Source: an uncultured bacterium (lineage in GTDB: Bacteria > Acidobacteriota > Thermoanaerobaculia > Multivoradales > JAHZIX01). Taken from it: 64,000 nt of DNA. The position numbers and the translations under genes are program-made. The stretch spans positions 160,001 to 224,000 of the forward strand of contig CBDUPA010000010.1 of assembly GCA_965368975.1 (NCBI GenBank), given 5' to 3'. The notes under the pieces are model-generated. The model searched no databases. It saw only the letters and a list, made by a program, of their open reading frames with translations, and was not told where the DNA came from. The number at the start of each line of letters is the position of its first letter. Position 1 is the stretch's first letter. Positions 56,479 through 64,000 of this stretch are shown piece after piece.

Positions 56479-57222
56479 TCACTGCGCCCTCTTCTTGGTG
56501 CCCTGCATCACGCGGCTGCGCTGGCGCACTGCTTCGTACAGTACGGCAGCCGCGGCGGTCGCCACGTTGAGCGACTCGATGCGGCCGCGCATCGGTAGAC
56601 CAACCAGGGCATCGCAGACCTTTCGCGTGCGCGCCCGGAGTCCGCGCTCTTCGCCGCCGAAACAGAGCACCACCTTCCCCGTGAGATCCAAATCCCACGG
56701 CGGCACTCCGTCAGCATCGGCACCGTAGACCCAGTAGCCCTGATTCTTGTACTCCTCGATGGTACGGGCACTGTTGACCACACGCTCAACGGCGAGCCAG
56801 TCAGCAGCGCCAGCCGAAGTCTTGATGGCGGCTGGCGACAGCGGAGCACTGCCACGATCGCGCACGACCACGCTAGCAACTCCAGCACCCTCGCAGACAC
56901 GCAACAATGCCCCCAGGTTGCGTGGGTCCTGGATGTCCTCCAGCAGGACCGCAAGGTGGGGATCGGCGGGATCTGCACTGACGCTCGCCTCCGGCTCGTC
57001 GCGCAGGCGAGCGACGAAGCCGTTGTGCACCGCGCCGCGCTCGAGGCCGGCAACCACTTCCGGTGGCGCCGGCTCGCACACCACCCCGGCTCGCTTCGCT
57101 TGGGCCTCGATCTCCTCGCGTCGGCGATCTGGACGGCGACCGACCAACCACACTTGCGCGACCTGCCGGGGCCGGTGGCGCAGCGCTTCCCGTACGGGGT
57201 GAAAACCGTAAATGAGAGGCAG
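56479..57222 (-). CDS. rlmB: 23S rRNA (Gm2251) 2'-O-methyltransferase
   Basis: IYGFHPVREAL, DPRNLGALLR, TSAGA, GGEERGL, ESLNV; probable CTG start. Confidence 0.9.
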   Translation of the reverse strand: MPLIYGFHPVREALRHRPRQVAQVWLVGRRPDRRREEIEAQAKRAGVVCEPAPPEVVAGLERGAVHNGFVARLRDEPEASVSADPADPHLAVLLEDIQDPRNLGALLRVCEGAGVASVVVRDRGSAPLSPAAIKTSAGAADWLAVERVVNSARTIEEYKNQGYWVYGADADGVPPWDLDLTGKVVLCFGGEERGLRARTRKVCDALVGLPMRGRIESLNVATAAAAVLYEAVRQRSRVMQGTKKRAQ

Positions 57223-57223
57223 G

Positions 57224-57778
57224 TCACACCTCCATGATCTGCTTCTCTTTGGTTGCCATGGACTGCGCGACCTCTTCGATGAATTTGTCGTGCAATTTCT
57301 GCATTTCATCGTGGCCGCGGCGCTCGTCGTCCTGGCTGATCTCCTTCTCCTTCTCTTTCTTCTTGAGCGCATCGTTGCCATCGCGGCGCGCCTGGCGCAC
57401 GGCGTTGCGCGTGGCCTCGGCCATATCGTGGGCCTTTCGCACGATCTCTTTGCGCCGCTCTTCGGTGAGCGGCGGCACCGGCAGGCGAATGATCTTGCCG
57501 TCATTCGACGGATTGAGACCCAGATCGGCCACCATGATCGCTTTCTCGATCACACTGATCTGGGAGCCATCGAAGGGCTGCACCACGATCATGCTTGGCT
57601 CCGGCACGCTCAAGTTGGCGACCTGGTTGATTGGCACCGGACTGCCGTAATAGTCGACGCTGACGTGCTCCAACAGGCTCAGGGAGGCGCGGCCGGTGCG
57701 CAGCGTTTTCAGCTCGCTATGGAAGTGATCCAGTGCGTGCTTCATCTTGCCCTCGATCTCTCGATACAGTTCCTTCAT
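57224..57778 (-). CDS. frr: Ribosome recycling factor
   Basis: LRTGRA, VDYYG, LGLNP, PPLTEERRK. Confidence 0.97.
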   Translation of the reverse strand: MKELYREIEGKMKHALDHFHSELKTLRTGRASLSLLEHVSVDYYGSPVPINQVANLSVPEPSMIVVQPFDGSQISVIEKAIMVADLGLNPSNDGKIIRLPVPPLTEERRKEIVRKAHDMAEATRNAVRQARRDGNDALKKKEKEKEISQDDERRGHDEMQKLHDKFIEEVAQSMATKEKQIMEV

Positions 57779-57838
57779 AGCCTGGTCTCCTGTTGACTGT
57801 TACCCCTGTCGCCCATCCAGTACGCCGTGCATCCGGCA

Positions 57839-58600
57839 CTAGCCGCGGACGATCGAACCGATCTTCTCGCCGCACACGACTCGGCGAATGTTACCGCTCT
57901 TGAGCAGGTCGAAGACGACGATCGGGATGTGATTATCGCGACATAGACTGACCGCCGCCGTATCCATGACGCGAAGGTCACGCTCCAACACTTCGCGAAA
58001 GGTCAACTCCGGTAGCCGCTTTGCTCCCGGGTCCTTGCGAGGATCGGCACTGTAGACACCATCCACGTTCGTGGCCTTGAGCAACACACCGGCGTGGATC
58101 TCATTGGCGCGCAGCGCCGCTGCGCTGTCGGTGGTGAAATACGGATTGCCGGTGCCGGCACCAAAGATCACGACACGCTTCTTCTCCAGGTGGCGAATGG
58201 CTCGGCGGCGAATGAACGGCTCGGCGACCTCACGGATCTCGATCGCCGTCTGCACACGGGTCTCGACCTGACGCTTCTCCAGCGCATCCTGCAAGGCCAG
58301 CGCGTTGATCACGGTGGCGAGCATTCCCATGTGATCGCCCGCAACGCGGTCGATTCCGCGATGACTGGCAGCCATGCCGCGAATGATGTTGCCACCGCCC
58401 ACCACCACTGCCACTTCGACCAGTTCCTGCACCTCGGCGATCTCATCAGCGATCTTGCCAACCACCGTCTCGTCGAGGCCGAATTCCTTCTGGCCCATCA
58501 AGGCCTCACCGGAAAGCTTGAGCAGGATGCGCCGAGCAATCGGCTCGGCACATCCGTCTTTGACGGCCTCATTGGCGCCGACATGCGGCGTCTCAGCCAT
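57839..58600 (-). CDS. pyrH: UMP kinase
   Basis: [32 protein letters not shown]. Confidence 0.97.
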   Translation of the reverse strand: MAETPHVGANEAVKDGCAEPIARRILLKLSGEALMGQKEFGLDETVVGKIADEIAEVQELVEVAVVVGGGNIIRGMAASHRGIDRVAGDHMGMLATVINALALQDALEKRQVETRVQTAIEIREVAEPFIRRRAIRHLEKKRVVIFGAGTGNPYFTTDSAAALRANEIHAGVLLKATNVDGVYSADPRKDPGAKRLPELTFREVLERDLRVMDTAAVSLCRDNHIPIVVFDLLKSGNIRRVVCGEKIGSIVRG

Positions 58601-58607
58601 CAGCCCC

Positions 58608-59270
58608 TCAGCCCTGCGCCGCGGCAGCAGCCTGAGCAGCGACTTCGGCAGCGAAATCGTCGACGCGCTTCTCGATACCCTCGCCTACCTTGAATCGAGC
58701 GAAGCGGCGCACGCGGATGTTCTCCCCGATCTTCGCCACCTTCTCGGCAATGTAGTCGGCGACCGTCTGATCCGGATTCTTGATGAACTTCTGTTCGGTC
58801 AGCACGTTCTCGCTGAAGAACTTCTCCATCTTGCCATTGACGATCTTGTCGACGATCTTCTCCGGCTTGCCTTCGGCGAGGACCTGCTCACGGTAGATCT
58901 CCCGCTCGCGCGCCAGCACGTCTTCGGTGACCTCCTCGCGCAGCGCGAAGCGCGGTTCGGACGCCGCAATATGCATGGCGATCTCGCGCGCCAGCTCCTG
59001 GAAGTCGTCGGTGCGTGCCACGAAATCCGTCTCGCAGTTCAACTCCACCAGCACGCCGATCTGACCACCAGCATGGATGTAGGAACCCACCACACCCTCG
59101 GCCGCGGTGCGCGAAGCCTTCTTCTTCGCCGCCGCCAAGCCCTTCTTGCGAAGGTAGTCGATAGCCTTCTCGATATCGCCGTCGGTCTCGGTCAGCGCCT
59201 TCTTGCAGTCCAGCATGGGGGCCGCGGTCTTCTCACGCAGCTCTTTGACCATTGCAGCGGTGATCTTCAT
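58608..59270 (-). CDS. tsf: Elongation factor Ts (short form)
   Basis: VKELREKT...[16 protein letters not shown]. Confidence 0.96.
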   Translation of the reverse strand: MKITAAMVKELREKTAAPMLDCKKALTETDGDIEKAIDYLRKKGLAAAKKKASRTAAEGVVGSYIHAGGQIGVLVELNCETDFVARTDDFQELAREIAMHIAASEPRFALREEVTEDVLAREREIYREQVLAEGKPEKIVDKIVNGKMEKFFSENVLTEQKFIKNPDQTVADYIAEKVAKIGENIRVRRFARFKVGEGIEKRVDDFAAEVAAQAAAAAQG

Positions 59271-59476
59271 GGGGGAAATCTCCTGAGAATGGGCCGGTCC
59301 CTGAGGGCAGCCAGTTGCCGCCCGAGGGGCCCGGGGTTCGCGACTCTGACGCGTGCGGCATCGGAGTCGGAAATATGCTTGGTGGATACACACAAACGGA
59401 GACCGCGGGCTCTCTAACCCCGTCGGTCTCCGGCGTTCAGTCTCTGATACACCGCCCATAGAGGCGGCCAGAAAGG

Positions 59477-60457
59477 TCAGCTCGCCTTGGCGCCCTCAGC
59501 CGACTTCTCGTCGGCTGGCTTGTCTTCAGCTGGCGTGTCTTCAGCTGGCTTCTCCTCGGCGGGCTTCTCCGCTGCGGCAGCCACCTCGGCAGGCTTGCTC
59601 TCCGCCTTGGTGTCCTCTGCCTTGGCAGGCGCGGGCGCCTCAACCTTCGCAGACGCCTCGGCCTTCGCAGGCACCTCTGCCGCCGCAGCCGCAGGCGCCT
59701 CGGCCTTCACCTCGGCAGCAGGCGCTTCCTCGGCAGGAACCTCCTGCTTCTTGCGCGCCACCATCATTCGCTCCTCCAGAGTCTTGGAGCCAGCGATGTA
59801 GGCATCGGCAATCTTGGAAGTGAAGAGGCGGATCGAGCGAATGGCGTCGTCGTTGCCCGGAATGGGAAAATCGACCAAGCTCGGGTCACAGTTGGTGTCG
59901 ACCACGGCGATCACCGGGACTCCCAGCTTGTTGGCCTCGGCCACCGCGATCGACTCCTTCTTGGGATCGATCACGAACAGCGCGTCCGGCAGATCGCTCA
60001 TATCGCGGATGCCGTCGAGGTTCTTGGCCATCTTCTCGCGCTCACGATTGAGACGCAGGCGCTCTTTCTTGGTCAGCGCCGATTCGGCATCACTCAACCG
60101 CTCCTCGACCTCCTTGAGGCGCTTGATCGAGGCCCGAATGGTGACGAAGTTGGTCAAGGTGCCACCCAGCCAGCGGTGCGTCATATGGAACTCTCCGCAG
60201 CGCGAAGCTTCCTCAATGATGGCCGACTGCGCTTGACGTTTGGTACCGACGAACAGCAGTCGCTTGCCAGCGGCCGCCAGATCGTGCACGAACTCGGCAG
60301 CGTAGGCGAACTGACGCACAGTACGCTGCAAGTCGATGATGTAGATACCGTTGCGCTTGCCAAAGATGAACTGCTTCATCTTTGGGTTCCAACGGCGTGT
60401 CTGGTGGCCGAAGTGGACACCACCCTCCAGCAACTGCTTCATGCTTACCTGGGTCAC
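59477..60457 (-). CDS. rpsB: 30S ribosomal protein S2 with an Ala/Glu/Lys/Pro-rich tail
   Basis: [35 protein letters not shown]. Confidence 0.98.
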   Translation of the reverse strand: MTQVSMKQLLEGGVHFGHQTRRWNPKMKQFIFGKRNGIYIIDLQRTVRQFAYAAEFVHDLAAAGKRLLFVGTKRQAQSAIIEEASRCGEFHMTHRWLGGTLTNFVTIRASIKRLKEVEERLSDAESALTKKERLRLNREREKMAKNLDGIRDMSDLPDALFVIDPKKESIAVAEANKLGVPVIAVVDTNCDPSLVDFPIPGNDDAIRSIRLFTSKIADAYIAGSKTLEERMMVARKKQEVPAEEAPAAEVKAEAPAAAAAEVPAKAEASAKVEAPAPAKAEDTKAESKPAEVAAAAEKPAEEKPAEDTPAEDKPADEKSAEGAKAS

Positions 60458-60468
60458 GGGTCGCCTCC

Positions 60469-60867
60469 TTAGCGCTTACTGAACTGGTAGCGGGCCCGAG
60501 CACCCTTCTGACCATACTTCTTGCGCTCTTTGGCGCGCGGATCACGGGTCAGCAAGCCGGCGGCCTTCAACTTCGGCCGGAGCTCTGCATTGAATTCGAT
60601 CAGCGCACGGCTGATGCCGTGACGCAGCGCACCGGCTTGACCGGCGCTGCCGCCGCCTACCACCGTGGCGTAGATATCGAACTTCTCCGTGGTCTCGGTC
60701 AGGGTCAGGGGCTGCTTGACCACCATCTTCAGTGCCTCGTTCGGGATGAAATCATCCAGCGTGCGACCGTTGATGGAAATCGCCCCGGTTCCTGGCCTCA
60801 GGAACACGCGCGCGGCGGCCTTCTTGCGACGACCGGTGCCGTAGTACTGCAGTTGACTCAACGTCAT
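60469..60867 (-). CDS. rpsI: 30S ribosomal protein S9
   Basis: [30 protein letters not shown]. Confidence 0.98.
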   Translation of the reverse strand: MTLSQLQYYGTGRRKKAAARVFLRPGTGAISINGRTLDDFIPNEALKMVVKQPLTLTETTEKFDIYATVVGGGSAGQAGALRHGISRALIEFNAELRPKLKAAGLLTRDPRAKERKKYGQKGARARYQFSKR

Positions 60868-60928
60868 CTCCTAATTTGTTCGTGCAGCCGTTCAGCTCAA
60901 TGGCCCAATTCCCTGAGACTCTAGAGTC

Positions 60929-61384
60929 TCAGGCGGACTGGACGTCGAACGGCTTCGGCTGCTGGGCACCATGCGGATGCTCGGTACCAGCGTAAACTTT
61001 GAGTTTGCGAATCTGGCGCCGCCCCATCTTGGTCTTCGGCAGCATGCCCCACACCGCAAGCTCGATCATCTTTTCCGGGCGACGCTTCCGCATCCGCTCG
61101 GCCGTCTCTTCTTTCAGCCCACCCAAGTAGCCGGTGTGCCGGTAGTACACCTTCTGCTGTTCCTTGCGTCCGGTGAGCACCGTCTGCTCCGCGTTGATCA
61201 CAACCACGAAGTCACCGACGTCCAGGTTCGGGGCCCACACCGGCTTGTGCTTGCCGGTCAGCAGACGAGCCACCGCCGTCGACAGACGGCCCAGAGGAAT
61301 GTTCGCGGCATCCACCACGATCCACTCCCGCTGAATCGTGCCGTCTTCGAGCTCCTTACGCGTCGGGCTGTAGGTCTTGTTCAT
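60929..61384 (-). CDS. rplM: 50S ribosomal protein L13
   Basis: WIVVDA...LGRL, GKHKP, GDFVVVINA, GMLPK. Confidence 0.97.
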   Translation of the reverse strand: MNKTYSPTRKELEDGTIQREWIVVDAANIPLGRLSTAVARLLTGKHKPVWAPNLDVGDFVVVINAEQTVLTGRKEQQKVYYRHTGYLGGLKEETAERMRKRRPEKMIELAVWGMLPKTKMGRRQIRKLKVYAGTEHPHGAQQPKPFDVQSA

Positions 61385-61466
61385 CTCTCGCTCCAAAGTT
61401 TCGAAATCTGCCAAACCTGTGCGGCGCGAACCCGGCCTTCGGACAGACTCCGCACAGAGGATCGAG

Positions 61467-61495
61467 AGGATAGGACACCGAGACCTGCCTGTCAA
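61467..61495 (-). promoter_or_regulatory. Sigma70-like promoter for the rplM operon
   Basis: TTGACA-17 bp-TATCCT on the minus strand. Confidence 0.6.
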
Positions 61496-61589
61496 CCCCG
61501 CCGCGGGCGTCGCTCGCGCGATGGCGTCACGGTACAATCGGGACAGGCAACTTACCACGAGTGACACCCATACGGAGATTTCCAGCAGC

Positions 61590-62582
61590 ATGAGCAATCC
61601 AGACGGTCCCATGACTCCAAACGGCCCCCTTACCTTGGACGGCAAGGCGACCGCCCAGCAAATTCGCGACGAAGTCAAGACCCAGGTCGCCGCACTGGTG
61701 GCCCAAGGGCACCGCCCACCTGGCTTGGCAGCCGTACTGGTCGGCGATGACCCCGCGTCGAAGGTCTACGTGGGCAGCAAGACCCGGGCGTGCGAAGAAG
61801 CAGGCCTCGTCGGCCGGACCGTGATTCGCCCGGCCAGCACTCGGGAAGACGAGCTGATGGCGCTGATCGACGACCTCAATGCCGACGACGCGATCGACGG
61901 CATCCTCGTCCAGCTGCCCTTGCCCAAGCATATCGACCCACGCCGCGCGCTCGAACGTGTCGATCCGAGCAAGGATGTCGACGGTTTTCACTCCGCCAAC
62001 GTCGGCGCCATGTGGCTCGACCAGCCCGGCTTCCTCCCCGCGACGCCGTCCGGCGTGATGGAGATGCTGCACCGGTACGACATCCCACTGAAGGGCAAGA
62101 ACGCCGTCGTCCTCGGCCGTAGCTTCATCGTCGGCAAGCCCATGGCCGCGTTGTTGCTGCGCGAGAACGCCACCGTCACCATCTGTCACTCGCGCACCCA
62201 CGACCTGCCGGCCGTCTGCCGCCAAGCCGACATCCTGGTAGCTGCCGTCGGCCGCCCCGGCATGGTCGACGCCAGCTACGTCAAGGACGGCGCCGTGGTG
62301 ATCGACGTCGGCATCAACCAGCTCACCGACGAAGCCGAGGTCCAGCGTCTGTTTGGTGAAGGCAACGGCGGCGCGGTCCACGAGCGCAAGCTGCGGGCCT
62401 TCGCCAAGAAGGGCTCCGTCCTGGTGGGTGACGTGCACTACCAGCAGGTCAAGCCCAAAGCCAGCGCCATCACCCCCGTCCCCGGCGGCGTCGGCCCGCT
62501 GACCGTCGCGATGCTGCTGGTCAACACCCTCAAAGCCTGCCGCCGGCACCTGGGCCTGCCGGAAGCTCCAGAGTCGACTTGA
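61590..62582 (+). CDS. folD: Methylene-THF dehydrogenase/cyclohydrolase
   Basis: VGDDPAS..Y..K, GILVQLPLP, KDVDGFH, IDVGIN, TPVPGGVGPLT. Confidence 0.96.
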   Translation: MSNPDGPMTPNGPLTLDGKATAQQIRDEVKTQVAALVAQGHRPPGLAAVLVGDDPASKVYVGSKTRACEEAGLVGRTVIRPASTREDELMALIDDLNADDAIDGILVQLPLPKHIDPRRALERVDPSKDVDGFHSANVGAMWLDQPGFLPATPSGVMEMLHRYDIPLKGKNAVVLGRSFIVGKPMAALLLRENATVTICHSRTHDLPAVCRQADILVAAVGRPGMVDASYVKDGAVVIDVGINQLTDEAEVQRLFGEGNGGAVHERKLRAFAKKGSVLVGDVHYQQVKPKASAITPVPGGVGPLTVAMLLVNTLKACRRHLGLPEAPEST

Positions 62583-63763
62583 TGCGACGCCTGCTCGTCG
62601 GTCTCACCGGTGGCCTGGCCAGCGGCAAATCCACCGTCGCCCGCCTGTGCCACGAAGCGGGGTGTACCGTCATCGACGCTGACCAGGTCGTCGCCGAGCT
62701 GTACCGGCCCGGCGGTGCAGGCGCGGCAGCCGTGCGGGAGCTGTTCGGCGACAAAGTCCTGACACCGGACGGCGCCGTCGATCGCCCCAAGGTCGCCGAG
62801 CAGGTCTTCGGCGATGCCAGTGCTCGGAAGCGGCTGGAAGAAGCGGTCCACCCCTTGGTCAAGGCACGGACTGAAGAACTGCTGCAAGCGTCGGAAGGGC
62901 TGGTTGTCTACGAGGCAACCTTGTTGGTCGAAGCCGGTCGCGCCGACCGCTTCGACGTCGTCGTGAGCGTCGAGGCGGATCCCGAGCTGCGGCTGCGGCG
63001 AGCCGTCGAGCGCGGCATGGACGAAGCCGGCGCGCGGGCGAGATTGGAAGCGCAGGGCGATGGCGCGGCCCGGCGGGCAAGAGCGGATCACGTGCTGCAC
63101 AATGACGGCGACCTGGCGGACCTGGCCGCAAGCGTCGAGGCGTTGCTCGCGCAGCTCGTCGAGCAGCTGCATACCGTGCCGGCGAGCGTCGCCGAGATAC
63201 TGCGTCGAGCCGTGCTGGTGACCGGGAATCGCAACAAGGCGATCGAAGCGGCACGTCTACTGGGGGGCGTCGAACTGGAAACGGTGGCCGTCGACTTGCC
63301 GGAGGTCCAGGGATTGGACGCGGTCGAGGTGCTACAAGCCAAAGCCGACGTCGCGTGGGAGCGGCTGCAACGGCCGATCATCGTCGAGGACACGGGCCTA
63401 GAGCTGGATGCCATGAACGGCTTTCCGGGGCCGCTGGTCAAGTGGATGCTCCAAGCGATGGGCAAGGAGGGGATCGCACGGACGGGACTGGCGCTGGGCA
63501 ACGCCGACGTCTGGGCGCACTGCGCGCTGTACTACCGGGATGGGGAGAAAAGCGTCGTGGCGCATGGGCGAACCGGTGGAACCTTGGTGCTACCGGCGCG
63601 GGGGGAGTCGGGCTTTGGGTGGGATGGGGTGTTTCAGCCCGCCGGGCGCGAGAGGACGTATGCGGAGATGCCGGCGAGCGTCAAGGACTTGCTGGGGCAC
63701 CGGGGGCGGGCTTGGCGGGGGCTGGTGGAAGAGCTGCAACCCAGAATTCACAACCACTTCTAG
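62582..63763 (+). CDS. coaE: Dephospho-CoA kinase fused to a Ham1/RdgB-family non-canonical purine NTP pyrophosphatase
   Basis: N-terminal GLTGGLASGKST, IDAD, VHP; C-terminal LVTGNRNK, VEDTGL, GFPGP, GFGWD, HRG.A; one uninterrupted frame. Confidence 0.85.
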   Translation: MRRLLVGLTGGLASGKSTVARLCHEAGCTVIDADQVVAELYRPGGAGAAAVRELFGDKVLTPDGAVDRPKVAEQVFGDASARKRLEEAVHPLVKARTEELLQASEGLVVYEATLLVEAGRADRFDVVVSVEADPELRLRRAVERGMDEAGARARLEAQGDGAARRARADHVLHNDGDLADLAASVEALLAQLVEQLHTVPASVAEILRRAVLVTGNRNKAIEAARLLGGVELETVAVDLPEVQGLDAVEVLQAKADVAWERLQRPIIVEDTGLELDAMNGFPGPLVKWMLQAMGKEGIARTGLALGNADVWAHCALYYRDGEKSVVAHGRTGGTLVLPARGESGFGWDGVFQPAGRERTYAEMPASVKDLLGHRGRAWRGLVEELQPRIHNHF

Positions 63764-64000
63764 GTCCGATTAGGTGGACATATAGCAACACGAAAGCCCA
63801 GGTGCTTGGCCTGAATATTCGGAGGCCCCAAAGTGCGAACCGAACAGCGCAGATCAGGGCGCGGGTAGAACCATGCACTACTACGGACCACTCGAGACTC
63901 CCTGAGTTTTGATTCCACAGTTTCTCGACACGCCCGCTCTTTCTCGTCTGACGGATATGGTGGGTCAGCTGCCAAACTACGGGTCCATTCCAAGATGGAC
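63760..64000 (-). CDS. 3' end of an FGE/SUMF1 (formylglycine-generating enzyme-like) domain protein, truncated by the window edge
   Basis: 'SILEWT...RVVRSSAW...LRCSVR...LGFRVA' matches the EW / RVxRGGSW / GFR pattern. Confidence 0.6.
   Translation of the reverse strand, partial: SILEWTRSLAADPPYPSDEKERACRETVESKLRESRVVRSSAWFYPRPDLRCSVRTLGPPNIQAKHLGFRVAICPPNRT

Noticed and set aside
59487-59750. Repetitive [10 protein letters not shown] tail of RpsB
   Set aside because: Low-complexity S2 tails are common

Overview
High-GC bacterial chromosomal window, most likely Acidobacteriota. This is an inference from the Cys-rich insertion in RpoB and the rplM-rpsI-rpsB-tsf-pyrH-frr gene order. The right third (~42-63.8 kb) is core machinery: rpoBC, rplL/J/A/K, nusG, secE, tuf, five tRNAs, rlmB, frr, pyrH, tsf, rpsB, rpsI, rplM, folD and a CoaE-RdgB fusion. 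The left 42 kb is accessory. It holds comM followed by an HUH (RAYT-like) transposase, a penicillin-acylase-family hydrolase, three tandem secreted proteins with S74-type intramolecular chaperone domains, pgl-glk-glgC, an ABC-ATPase/TOPRIM-like pair and a Ser/Thr kinase. Two signals stand out. (1) A six-gene respiratory operon: Rieske, cytochrome b, octaheme HAO-family protein, NapA, an internally duplicated tetraheme NapB and a porin, with no NapC/GH/D. (2) Two stand-alone small genes 9 kb apart that share a lanthipeptide-type leader (KLxLHRETLxxL...EVxGG) but have unrelated Thr/Cys-rich cores and no modifying enzyme nearby, suggesting a dispersed RiPP precursor library. No CRISPR array or rRNA was seen. 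All product calls come from motif recognition by eye, not database searches.
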